DNA of 32,289 nucleotides. Source: a virus. Below the pieces are notes generated by a model that was given only the letters and a program-made list of their open reading frames with translations, did not search any database and had not been told where the DNA came from. Numbering within the stretch: position 1 is the first letter of the stretch; every line of letters begins with the position of its first letter. The stretch is from IMG/VR virus record IMGVR_UViG_3300045988_100918; one strand, 5' to 3'. This document shows positions 24,053-32,289 of the stretch, in pieces. Position numbers and translations under genes: made by a program.

Positions 24053-24382
24053 CTAACTCTCGGCGACGTTCACGGTGAACGCCGCTTCGGTAAGCTCTTC
24101 TGAATCAATCTCTGTGATGCCAAGCGTGTAAGGGCACTCGGCGGCTTCGAGTGCGGCGCGTATGCGCTTCTCGGTCGCGTAGTCCCGGTGCCGCGTGTAG
24201 AGCGCGATATCGTAGGGCATCCACGATAGGTAGGTGTTGTTGTCCGCGTAGGCCGCTTCGTTGTAGCCCGCAACAAGGCAGATGAAGGGCGGTGCCGGTT
24301 CCTCGCCGTCTGCGAATCGCTGGTTAGCCCACGGGATGCCGAGCGAATCGAGCACGCCGCAGAGCGCCTTTAGCTCAATCAT
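24053..24382 (-). CDS. tail terminator/tail completion-like protein
   Basis: ATG at 24382 (MIELKALCG...), about 110 aa. Positioned between the gp10-like and major tail genes. Confidence 0.4.
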   Translation of the reverse strand: MIELKALCGVLDSLGIPWANQRFADGEEPAPPFICLVAGYNEAAYADNNTYLSWMPYDIALYTRHRDYATEKRIRAALEAAECPYTLGITEIDSEELTEAAFTVNVAES

Positions 24383-24750
24383 CGTCCGTCGCCCCCCATC
24401 TCCGCGAACTCTCGCGCCACTTGGTCTGCAACCTTCCTTATAACGCCGTCGCCGGGAACGGTGCCGTAATCCTCGCCGGTCTGGTTCGTGATCTTGTGGC
24501 CGTTCTCCAACAGGTGCGTTAGCTGGTAGCGCCGGTTGTGCACGGTGCATTCGGTGCCCGTCTCATCGGTCTTAACGTCCGCCTTCCAACCCTTCTTGTA
24601 AGCGCCGGTGCGCACCTTGCTTTCTTGCTTCAACAGCTTCACGGCGCGCCTTCCGGCTTCGCCCGCGTTCTCAGCGAGCGCGGAAACGTTGTCTTCCACG
24701 CACTCTTTCATGCGGCTGCGTATGAACCGCTCGATGCTCTGCTCAGCCAC
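24379..24750 (-). CDS. HK97 gp10-family tail-component protein
   Basis: Recalled family resemblance: ...IERFIRSRMKE...AENAGEAGRRAVKLLKQESKVRTGAYKKGWK.... Confidence 0.55.
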   Translation of the reverse strand: MAEQSIERFIRSRMKECVEDNVSALAENAGEAGRRAVKLLKQESKVRTGAYKKGWKADVKTDETGTECTVHNRRYQLTHLLENGHKITNQTGEDYGTVPGDGVIRKVADQVAREFAEMGGDGR

Positions 24751-25054
24751 GGTCGCCCACCACCTCAGCGAGCGTCAGGCGCACGAAGTCGGGGCTTGAC
24801 TTGTCAACGCGCGCGACAGTGAGCCGCGCGCCGTCGAACTCGACTAGCCGCTCTCCGTTGTAGGCGCTCTTGCGAATCTGCAACACCGCTTCGGGGTGAA
24901 TGCCAGCGGCAGCGGCGGCGTAGTAGGCGGCATCGCCCATAGAGAAGACGTTGCAGAACACCTTACGCTTTGTTTCCTCCGTCTGCTGCACGCCGTATTC
25001 GTCCTTCTTGACGGTCTTAGCGATGAGCTGGCACGTGCCAGCCCACATGCTCAT
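24743..25054 (-). CDS. head-tail adaptor / head closure protein
   Basis: 103 aa with a Phage_H_T_join-like sequence pattern. Position after the connector gene. Confidence 0.5.
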   Translation of the reverse strand: MSMWAGTCQLIAKTVKKDEYGVQQTEETKRKVFCNVFSMGDAAYYAAAAAGIHPEAVLQIRKSAYNGERLVEFDGARLTVARVDKSSPDFVRLTLAEVVGDRG

Positions 25055-25353
25055 TTCACGCCCCCGAACTCCGAGCTGCCGCGCATCATGGTTAGCAAAT
25101 CGTCGAAGCTCTGAGTAAGGCGGTCGGCATCGGGGTTGTCCATGCCGAAATTCGCCTTGCAGTAGACCTTCACCGCGAGCCGAACCGTGCTGTTCGAATC
25201 GTCGGCGGCTACGGCATCGGCAACGCCGCCCGCGCGCATCGCGGCGCGGGCGGCTTCGATGAGGTCTTCGATCTCAGCGTCAAAGTCGGTGCAGTCGGCG
25301 GGAATCCTCAGCGCTTCGCGGCACGCGTCAAGCAGCTTCGGCTTCTCTGCCAT
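25051..25353 (-). CDS. gp6-like head-tail connector protein
   Basis: 100 aa, acidic, helical. Canonical position immediately after the major capsid gene. Confidence 0.5.
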   Translation of the reverse strand: MAEKPKLLDACREALRIPADCTDFDAEIEDLIEAARAAMRAGGVADAVAADDSNSTVRLAVKVYCKANFGMDNPDADRLTQSFDDLLTMMRGSSEFGGVK

Positions 25354-25367
25354 CTGTCACCACCTCG

Positions 25368-26648
25368 TTACTTTGCGGCGGTGCCGATGGTGAGCTGGCC
25401 GAAAGACTTAGGCACGACAAGCCCGCCGTCGAAGAGCAGGTATCCGTCAAAGCAGCGCTTCTGCGTACCCGGCTCGACGTAGGGCGTAATGTCCACGCCG
25501 TCGAAGATGTTTCCACGGAACAGGTCGGGATAGCCCGCCTTGATGATGCCATCGGCCATAGAATCGTCGCGCTTAACGAGCTTGCCGAAGATATGACCCT
25601 CAACGGCGGGGTCTTCGGTCTTCTCGTCCACGAAGTAAGAGCACCCGTTGGCATCCTCGACCATCGCAATATGGTTCCAAATGGTGTTGCCGTTGGCGTA
25701 GATAATGCAGCCCTTCGGCGCAGGGTTGCCGTAGGTGTAGAGCATGCCCAGAAGCTTGGTGATATCGGCCTTCTTCAGGGTGCCAGCGGTGGCGCAGTTA
25801 ATCTTGTTGCCGGAATCCATGCCAAGCGTGGTGTCAACCGTCTTGGCGTGGGTGCGCGCGTTGGCGGCGACGGCAAGGCGCGCGCCGGTCTCGTTGACGA
25901 TGTACTGCTCAAAGCCGCTGATAGACTGAACCGCCATCTTGCGGCTCATCTTGACGGTCTTCTTGATCTCCTCGCCCGTAAGGGTGATGGTGTCGAACTC
26001 GTTCTGCTCCTCATCGGTGGGCGCTGCGCCCTCATCGGTCTTCGCCGCGTCGCCAGCCTTGATGCTCTTATGGCGGATAAGCTCGAACTGATGCGGGAAG
26101 TTGTCCTTGTGGATGTCGCCGTAGAGAACAGCCGTGTTGTCAATCAGCGTGAAAATCTGCGTCTGAAGCTCGACGGGGATAACCGCGTCGGTGTTGCTGG
26201 TCAGATGCGTAAACGCCGTGCGCTGCTCGATAAGGTGGTTGTACGCGTCGCGCTCAACCTGCGTAAGCTCGGTGCCGCCGATGAGCTGCACGCCGGAACG
26301 GCTGGCAATGTCCTTCACCCACGCGCGGCGGGCGGCGGCGTTGTAGTCGGTGGTGTCGCGCACCTGCGGAAGGGCACCGCGAGCGCTCGCGGAAGTGCCC
26401 ATCGGCACGGAATCGACGCGGCGGGCGGTGCCGTTCTCGATAGCGGCGCGAGCGGCAGCAACGGTCGCGGTGTGGCTGTCGCGGCGCTGCGCGGCGGCGG
26501 CGTTGCGCTTCTCGATCTCGGCGGTAAGCGCGCTCATGCGCTCTGCGTCCTGCTCGGTCGGCTCGGTGTCGGTGCCGTCATCGGCCTTGTACTTATCGAC
26601 AAGACCCTGAAGCTCGTTAAGCAGGTCATCCATAGTCATTTCGTCCAT
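25368..26648 (-). CDS. major capsid protein, HK97 fold
   Basis: ATG at 26648 (MDEMTMDDLLNEL...) with an AAAGG RBS. Coiled-coil N-terminal delta-like domain followed by an HK97 MCP-like region. Located after the prohead protease. Confidence 0.85.
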   Translation of the reverse strand: MDEMTMDDLLNELQGLVDKYKADDGTDTEPTEQDAERMSALTAEIEKRNAAAAQRRDSHTATVAAARAAIENGTARRVDSVPMGTSASARGALPQVRDTTDYNAAARRAWVKDIASRSGVQLIGGTELTQVERDAYNHLIEQRTAFTHLTSNTDAVIPVELQTQIFTLIDNTAVLYGDIHKDNFPHQFELIRHKSIKAGDAAKTDEGAAPTDEEQNEFDTITLTGEEIKKTVKMSRKMAVQSISGFEQYIVNETGARLAVAANARTHAKTVDTTLGMDSGNKINCATAGTLKKADITKLLGMLYTYGNPAPKGCIIYANGNTIWNHIAMVEDANGCSYFVDEKTEDPAVEGHIFGKLVKRDDSMADGIIKAGYPDLFRGNIFDGVDITPYVEPGTQKRCFDGYLLFDGGLVVPKSFGQLTIGTAAK

Positions 26649-26652
26649 TGTT

Positions 26653-27288
26653 CTAAACCTTTCTGCTCTTGGCGATTGCCAGTGTCGCCCTCGCAACGGC
26701 AAGGGCACTCTTACGGCGCGCAAGCTCCTTGCGCGACTGCTCAATCGCTCCGTTGAGCAGGTTTCTTGCTGATATCTCGGTGTTCGGGTCAGCCGGAAGG
26801 CTGACGGCGGACACGTCGAAAACCTTTTTGACGCGCGTAATGGTCGTGGTGTGCGTCTCGCGGTCGTATTCGTCTGCCGCGACCGTGAAAGCCCATGACA
26901 TGCGCGTGATAAGACCGGCCTTTATCTCTTCGAAGAGATCGCGCGCGCCCTGAGAGCGCGACAGGTCGGCGGCGATGAAAAGCCCGTGCTCGTCCGGCTC
27001 CACAATGAGCGTCCCGTTGCTCATGCGGGCGTACACCCTGCCCGCATGGTCGAACTGAAGGATAACGTCGCTCATGTCCGCTTCGCGGAAGGCATCGGGG
27101 CTGATAACCTCGATGTATTTTGTGCCGTCGAAATCCTCGAACAGAATGTATGGGTCGTTGAATGTCGAAGCGTAGCCCTCAACATAGTATTCCGTGTCGA
27201 AACGCTTCTTGGTTGCGCCGTCAGCCGCCCGCACGTTGAGCGGCACGGCAAGGGAACGGTATTGCCGCTCACTCGGTTTCGTTGGCAT
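26653..27288 (-). CDS. prohead protease, HK97 family (S78)
   Basis: ...FDTEYYVEGYASTFNDPY...VILQFDHAGRVYARM.... Confidence 0.8.
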   Translation of the reverse strand: MPTKPSERQYRSLAVPLNVRAADGATKKRFDTEYYVEGYASTFNDPYILFEDFDGTKYIEVISPDAFREADMSDVILQFDHAGRVYARMSNGTLIVEPDEHGLFIAADLSRSQGARDLFEEIKAGLITRMSWAFTVAADEYDRETHTTTITRVKKVFDVSAVSLPADPNTEISARNLLNGAIEQSRKELARRKSALAVARATLAIAKSRKV

Positions 27289-28546
27289 CGTCTACCTCCT
27301 TCTTGTCGCCGTAGCCGCTGCTCGCGTCGATTGCGGCTATGTTCGCGTTCGTCTCTGCGGCTTGTGCCGCCTGTTCCGCCGTGTGCTCACTGATGAGTGC
27401 AAGGTCGATATACTCGCCGCGTATAACGTGGCGTTCTCCGCCCTCGTAGTGCGGGGACTGGAACACATCGGCTACCTGATTGCCGTTCCAGATGCCACGG
27501 TCGAACAGCGCGACGGAAACGTTAAGCTTCGTCGTGTTGCTGGCGAACTCTAGGCGGTTCGCGCTGAACATGATTGAGTTTCCGTGCGCTATCTCGTTTG
27601 CCGTGTACGTCATGGACGTGATAACGAAGCCGAGCTGAACAGCGAAAGGCTCGATGCGGCCTTCGTAGTAGCTGTTGAAGGTGTCTTCGTCCGCGCAGTT
27701 CGTAACGATATCCTCATTGGAGCCGAAGAAGCGGTAAGCGCTCTTCTCGATTCGCTCCATCTGCGCCGCATCGACCGTGTAGCTTGTCGGCGTGATCTGC
27801 TCAACGTCCGAAAACAGCTTGTCATAGACGGCGATTCCTCCCGCGTTGTCGGCGGAAAGCTGAGCGTTGAACGCCTTTCGCGCTCGCTCTTGGTCGCCTT
27901 CATTGCGGTTCTGGCTCAGCTTGCCGATGAAGCGGATTGCCGCGCCCTGATTGATAGCCGACTGCTCAGCTTCGTTCTGAGCGTGCATGAGCTCTAGCGT
28001 CGGCTGAAGAACGTTCGTGCCGTCGCCGAACAAATCGCTTTGGTACTGGTGGCGTGTCATCACGCCAACGCGCGACCACTCGACAAGCACGCTGTCGCCT
28101 GTCGGGAACGTGAGCTTTAGCCAAAGCTCGCCGTCAACGTCGTATGCTTCGCACTGGCTCGGCAGCACGGGATAGTACCCGGTAATCGTAATGCCGTCGC
28201 CAGCGTCGATAGGAACGATAAGCGCCGTGTCGTTGACCTGAAGAATCGTCCAAATGCGCTTGATGAACTGCGGCGTGGTCATCCACGGGTTAGGCTGCTG
28301 CCTGAGAGCGCGCGCGGCGACAGGCTGAGCAGAGCCGGAAACCTCCGGTTTCAGCTTGCTTGCGTGGTCTGCGCCGCTCTCGATGATGCTTCGCGTAAGC
28401 TCTGCTTCGTAAAGCCCGCCCTGCCATGTCGTGAACGACGGGGCATAGGCCGTGAACGTGGAGAAATAGCCGTTTACCGCTTGCATCTGCGGACGGTGGA
28501 ACACCGCATCGAAGAGCGAGCGCAGAAACGGTTGTGATCTGCTCAA
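27269..28546 (-). CDS. portal protein (HK97 family)
   Basis: Likely TTG start at 28546, 6 nt after an AGGAGG RBS and abutting the terL stop. An alternative ATG lies at 28486. The ORF-track start at 28612 overlaps terL. Confidence 0.85.
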   Translation of the reverse strand: MSRSQPFLRSLFDAVFHRPQMQAVNGYFSTFTAYAPSFTTWQGGLYEAELTRSIIESGADHASKLKPEVSGSAQPVAARALRQQPNPWMTTPQFIKRIWTILQVNDTALIVPIDAGDGITITGYYPVLPSQCEAYDVDGELWLKLTFPTGDSVLVEWSRVGVMTRHQYQSDLFGDGTNVLQPTLELMHAQNEAEQSAINQGAAIRFIGKLSQNRNEGDQERARKAFNAQLSADNAGGIAVYDKLFSDVEQITPTSYTVDAAQMERIEKSAYRFFGSNEDIVTNCADEDTFNSYYEGRIEPFAVQLGFVITSMTYTANEIAHGNSIMFSANRLEFASNTTKLNVSVALFDRGIWNGNQVADVFQSPHYEGGERHVIRGEYIDLALISEHTAEQAAQAAETNANIAAIDASSGYGDKKEVDDANETE

Positions 28547-28548
28547 CT

Positions 28549-30297
28549 CTAACCTCCTATCATCGCGCGGTAATCGTCCGCAATGTTCTTCATCGCAATG
28601 AACGCGTCGCACTCAGCCGCCCACGCGTCTATGCGGTTGCGCGGGTCTTGGTTCTTCTTGTCCGGCTGAATGTTTCCGTTCACGTCGGTTCGAATGGCGA
28701 CGTTCGAGCGGCACCATTCGGCAATCGGGTTGGCGTTGTCCACGATGCGCCCTTCCTTGTAGAGCGCTCGAAGCTCCTTCATCGGCATTGACAGCGTTTG
28801 CGCGCCCTGAATGACCTTTTGCAGGTTGTCAGCGCCGAAATAGTCTTCGTATGCTTCCACGGTCGGAACGTCGCGCATGTGCCACGGGTCGTAGCCGCAA
28901 GAGACGGCGTAGATGCCGAACTTGTCCTGAACCTCGGCCACCCAATCCAGAACGTCGCGCTTGTCCATGATGGGCGTTTCGCACGTGCGCATAAGGCCGC
29001 GCGCAATCCACGCGTCGTAAGGCACGCCGTCGCGCCCTCCGCGCCGCCCCTCGCGCTCTGCTTGCTCCAAAGCGCGAAGCGGAATCCAAGCCATATGAAG
29101 CGCGTAGAAGTTCGGATCGTTAGGCCGCTGCATGAGAAGGCAAGCTGCGGTAAGGTCGGTCGTGTCCGCCGCGTCAACGCCGAGCACGGCATACGTAAAC
29201 GTTCCGTCGCCGGGGTCGAATGTCGCTTCGTTGTGTATCTCAGCCCACGTCAACCAAGCCTGAGACTGGTTTTCAATGAGGTTGAAATCCTTAACAAGCA
29301 GCGTGGGAAGGTATGTCGCATCATCCTTAGCCTTGGAAACGTTCTGGCGAAGCGCCGAAAGCGATTTGATAGTGCCAAGGCCGGGGTTAGCCTTGACCCA
29401 AGCGCCTTCGTCCTGCCATTCCTCGCGCTCGTCAAGTTCGAAGATGAACGCTATGAAGCGCTCTGCCTTCTCGCCGGTCGCCTTGCCGTCAAGCCATTTG
29501 GTCGCGTACTCGTATTGGGCATCGAAGATGCCGTTTCGCACGAAACCGTTAGTCGTGATCTCCAACACGAGCGGCTGGCGGCGCGCGGACGTTCCCTGCA
29601 TCGTAAGGTCGTAAAGGTCGCGGTTCTTCATCGCGGCCAGCTCGTCAACGATAGCGCCGGAAATGTCCAGACCGTCTAGGTGGTTCGTGTTGGCGCTCAG
29701 CGCCTTGATGGTGCCCATGTTCAGATCGCAGTAAAGGTCTGACACGCGCTTTCTTATGTGCTTCGCCAGCGCGGGGCTTGTGAGCACCATACGCCACGCG
29801 TTGTTGAATCCCTTTGCCGCCTGATCGTGGGCGGTGGCGACGTTGTAGACCTCCGGCGCGCCCTCATCGTCGTTCACGAGCAAGTCAAGCTCTATCGCAG
29901 ACGCAAGCGCGGTCTTGCCGTTCTTGCGTCCCATAATCCAGAGCACTTCGCGGTACTGCCGCACGCCCTCAGCATCAACGAAGCCGAAAACGACAGACAG
30001 AATGGCGCGTTGGAAAAGCTCTAGCTTGAAATCGTGCCCCAAGCGCCCGGACGGTAGGCGGCAGAAGCTTTCGATGAACCGAACGTGCTTCTGCGCGAAC
30101 TCTTCGCGGTAGTGGTACGGATAGAGCGGGTCGGTGTTGTCCATGTCGCGCAGGACATGAGCGGCAACCTGCTTCATCTTCTCGCACGCTATGATCTCGC
30201 CGCTCAGTATGCCGCCGAAGTATTCGCGTATCGCGCGCTCGCACGAGCCGCCCTTAGACTTCGCCCTAGCCGTACCGCGTTTCATTGATGAAGTCAA
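28549..30297 (-). CDS. terL: terminase large subunit
   Basis: 582 aa with a Terminase_1-like ATPase (..VLGVDAADTTDLTAA..) and a C-terminal nuclease domain. Canonical position. Confidence 0.9.
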   Translation of the reverse strand: MTSSMKRGTARAKSKGGSCERAIREYFGGILSGEIIACEKMKQVAAHVLRDMDNTDPLYPYHYREEFAQKHVRFIESFCRLPSGRLGHDFKLELFQRAILSVVFGFVDAEGVRQYREVLWIMGRKNGKTALASAIELDLLVNDDEGAPEVYNVATAHDQAAKGFNNAWRMVLTSPALAKHIRKRVSDLYCDLNMGTIKALSANTNHLDGLDISGAIVDELAAMKNRDLYDLTMQGTSARRQPLVLEITTNGFVRNGIFDAQYEYATKWLDGKATGEKAERFIAFIFELDEREEWQDEGAWVKANPGLGTIKSLSALRQNVSKAKDDATYLPTLLVKDFNLIENQSQAWLTWAEIHNEATFDPGDGTFTYAVLGVDAADTTDLTAACLLMQRPNDPNFYALHMAWIPLRALEQAEREGRRGGRDGVPYDAWIARGLMRTCETPIMDKRDVLDWVAEVQDKFGIYAVSCGYDPWHMRDVPTVEAYEDYFGADNLQKVIQGAQTLSMPMKELRALYKEGRIVDNANPIAEWCRSNVAIRTDVNGNIQPDKKNQDPRNRIDAWAAECDAFIAMKNIADDYRAMIGG

Positions 30298-30688
30298 TGA
30301 GCGCGTCGGCAGCGGCGGTGCCGTTCGGCATCATGTCGGTAAGCTGCTTCACGCCGCGCGAAAACGTAGTGAACAGCTTGTTGTATGCACTGAATCCTGG
30401 GTGCTCGCGCAGCCCGGTTTGCCCGCCGCCGTTGTCGTACTCGGTGAAGATGTCTTCGTAGAGCAGATCGGCGCGGGCATCGTCAAGCTTGACCTTCAGA
30501 AAAGCGAGGTTCGCCAGAAGCGGCATGACGGTTTTTCGCTTCTCGTCGGGGATTGCGCCCTTGGTGATCTCGCGCAGCTTGCGAAGCTCGCTCTCTACGC
30601 GCTTCTCCTTGGCAACTCGCCGCTTCGGCGGGCTATTCCCCGCGACTGCGGGCGAAACTTTCGAAGTATTGCCTACTTTTGCCGTCAT
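30266..30688 (-). CDS. terS: terminase small subunit (P27-like)
   Basis: 140 aa. ...MPLLANLAFLKVKLDDARADL...YNKLFTTFSRGVKQL pattern, immediately upstream of terL. Confidence 0.7.
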   Translation of the reverse strand: MTAKVGNTSKVSPAVAGNSPPKRRVAKEKRVESELRKLREITKGAIPDEKRKTVMPLLANLAFLKVKLDDARADLLYEDIFTEYDNGGGQTGLREHPGFSAYNKLFTTFSRGVKQLTDMMPNGTAAADALIDFINETRYG

Positions 30689-30858
30689 CGCAAGACCACC
30701 CCCTTTTGAAAATCCGTCACGCGCAAGAAATTACCTCCCGGCGTTGGTGCCCTAGGCACCACCTGTGTTTTGCAGACCGGGGGGATTGTCTCGCGGGTTT
30801 ACCTGCGGTTTTGCGTCCGCTTTCTCGCGGTCGCTCTGTGTTGTGTTGCGTTTCTGAA
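30689..30858. promoter_or_regulatory. non-coding HNH-terS intergenic region, candidate cos/packaging site
   Basis: 170 bp with no ORF. Contains the perfect 15-bp palindrome GGTGCC-CTA-GGCACC (30746-30760), plus C5 and G6 runs. Confidence 0.4.
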
Positions 30859-31182
30859 TCACTCGCCAAGCGATATCAAATTGCCGTCGCTGTCGAAGGC
30901 CAGCCCTTTCCTTGTCGAACCTTGCCTTATCCAGCCATGCACCTTCTTATGGCATCGGTCGCATAGGCTAACAAGGTTGCTTGGGTCGGTCGCAATGCTT
31001 GGGTCGCTGATGTTCGCTGGCGTAAGCTCGATGATGTGATGCACCATGACTGCGGGCGTGATCTCTCCCTGCTGCAAGCAGTGCTGGCATAGGTGAGCAT
31101 CACGCGTCAATGCCGCGTCTCTGGCGCGTTCCCAGTCGGCGGATGCGTAGAAGGCGCGCGAGAAGTCCTTAGCCATGCGCAC
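30859..31182 (-). CDS. HNH endonuclease
   Basis: CQHC...HHI.......N....NL..LC..CHKKVHG HNH motif, immediately upstream of terS. Confidence 0.85.
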   Translation of the reverse strand: MRMAKDFSRAFYASADWERARDAALTRDAHLCQHCLQQGEITPAVMVHHIIELTPANISDPSIATDPSNLVSLCDRCHKKVHGWIRQGSTRKGLAFDSDGNLISLGE

Positions 31183-31193
31183 CCCCTGAGATA

Positions 31194-31281
31194 TGGCGGA
31201 GCGTGTAGGATTCGAACCTACGGGCGACAGTGCGCCACACGGTTAGCAACCGTGCGCAATAAGCCACTCTGCCAACGCTCC
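31194..31281 (-). tRNA. tRNA-Ser (anticodon GCU), class II with long variable arm
   Basis: Minus-strand sequence GGAGCGT.../...ACGCTCC forms a 7-bp acceptor stem. 3-bp D-stem. Anticodon stem CACGG/CCGTG with loop TTGCTAA (anticodon GCT). Variable arm GGCG-CACTGT-CGCC. T-arm GTAGG-TTCGAAT-CCTAC. CCA is encoded. Confidence 0.85.
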
Positions 31282-31285
31282 AAAC

Positions 31286-31316
31286 AAAAAGGCCACGAGC
31301 GCAATTGCCCGTGGCC
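31286..31316 (-). terminator. rho-independent terminator
   Basis: GGCCACG...CGTGGCC stem (31291-31316) followed on the minus strand by TTTTT (31286-31290), abutting the tRNA 5' end. Confidence 0.6.
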
Positions 31317-31380
31317 TTACTACCTAATCCACCGTACCGAACTTTAGCATAAGTAGGGAACTGAAGGGAACACCCAATTT

Positions 31381-31830
31381 TCAGGCGTTCTTGATGTGCG
31401 CCCAACCTACGCGGTCGATGAACTCAAACCCAACTTCGCAGAGCTTGCGGCACCACTTCTGCGAACACTGCATGATCTCTGCAATCTCGCCCCATGTCTC
31501 GGCTTGACAGTAGTACATGCAGATTGCGTCGGCGTAGTGCGCGCCCTTCAGCTTAGCCAAGCCGCCGCGCCCGTCCGAGCCGTAGAGCACTTCGCACGCT
31601 TCGTCTAGCGTGCCCTCGGCATCGGCGATGCGCTGCCTAAGCTTGCCCTCGAAGTCGATGCGCTGAGATACGGATTCCATCGGGTCGGTAACGTCTCCGC
31701 CACCGCCGCCCGTCTGGTAGCTCTGAGCCTTCGCCCCCTCGCGCGCCTTCATGCGTTCGAGCATTTCCCGCGCCTTGTCGGTCTTCACCACCTCGGCGCG
31801 GATGCCCTCGAAATACTCCTTTGCCCTCAC
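31381..31830 (-). CDS. putative late-gene transcriptional activator (ArpU/RinA-like, sigma region-4-like C-terminus)
   Basis: 149 aa upstream of the packaging module. The C-terminal region TWGEIAEIM.CSQKWCRKL looks like an HTH. Weak. Confidence 0.35.
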   Translation of the reverse strand: MRAKEYFEGIRAEVVKTDKAREMLERMKAREGAKAQSYQTGGGGGDVTDPMESVSQRIDFEGKLRQRIADAEGTLDEACEVLYGSDGRGGLAKLKGAHYADAICMYYCQAETWGEIAEIMQCSQKWCRKLCEVGFEFIDRVGWAHIKNA

Positions 31831-32237
31831 ATGCCGTCACCGCCAGATCGCGCACGCTTGCGCTCTTCGCGCCAAAGCTTGAAGGCTTCCCATAGCCCGA
31901 GCTTCGCAAGGTCTGTGCTCGGCGGCTGAGCCTTTACCAGCGCCACGCCGTCAATAGAGGCAGACACAACCTCAGCGCCGATAAGATACTCAGCCACAAG
32001 CCCCAGCTCATCGACAAGCACGCGTTCGCAACGCATGAGCGAGCCTTTTAGCGGCATGCCCGATAACGACAGGACGGGTGGAATCTGAACGTTCATCCTA
32101 CGCGCCATAAGCTCGATGTTCTCGGCCATTCCGCGCGTTGCGGTCAGGATTGGATAGCCAGTCTCGTTCGACATTGCGATAAGGCACGTGGTCTTGCCCG
32201 TCTGCCTTCCACCGATGATTGCCAGCATTCCAACCAC
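31827..32237 (-). CDS. small P-loop NTPase
   Basis: Walker A GGRQTGKT and a Walker B-like VLVDELG. The GTG start lies in the terminal repeat, directly after the dut stop. Confidence 0.45.
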   Translation of the reverse strand: MVGMLAIIGGRQTGKTTCLIAMSNETGYPILTATRGMAENIELMARRMNVQIPPVLSLSGMPLKGSLMRCERVLVDELGLVAEYLIGAEVVSASIDGVALVKAQPPSTDLAKLGLWEAFKLWREERKRARSGGDGM

Positions 32238-32289
32238 CTACTCAACGCCAGTGCTGCCGAAGCCGCCCGCGCCGCGCTCGGTGTCGCTC

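Noticed and set aside
25593-26756. 387-aa plus-strand ORF antisense to the major capsid gene
   Set aside because: The capsid/delta-domain reading on the minus strand is coherent and has an RBS. The antisense ORF is a high-GC artefact.

Overview
This window looks like a complete, high-GC temperate siphovirus-type phage or prophage genome. Bases 1-55 are repeated exactly at 32235-32289, so the contig is circular or terminally redundant, with a unit length of about 32,234 bp. Almost all genes are on the minus strand. In minus-strand order after the end wrap they are: P-loop protein, dUTPase, SSB, an actinobacterial mIHF-like protein, tyrosine integrase, DUF3310/Zn-ribbon/replication-like genes, and a Cro-like HTH. 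A short plus-strand arm runs from 7315 to 10155 and carries a CI-like HTH, a DEDDh exonuclease with a C-terminal membrane anchor, and a large serine recombinase. The minus strand then continues with a lysis cassette (GH25-CW_7-LysM endolysin, membrane-anchored C39-like peptidase, phiLC3-type holin). Next to it is a complete diversity-generating retroelement (DGR). The DGR has a reverse transcriptase at 13140-14249, a template repeat at 14461-14589, an avd-like gene at 14618-15028, and a variable repeat at 15162-15290 at the 3' end of a tail-fiber-like target gene (15151-16053). The remaining minus-strand genes are tail genes (BppU-like, Tal, Dit, tape measure, chaperones, major tail), head genes (connectors, HK97-like capsid, prohead protease, portal), terL/terS, HNH, and a tRNA-Ser(GCU). 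The most notable feature is the DGR, in which 12 of 13 TR/VR differences fall on template adenines in AAY codons. All calls rest on motif recognition by eye and have not been checked against databases.
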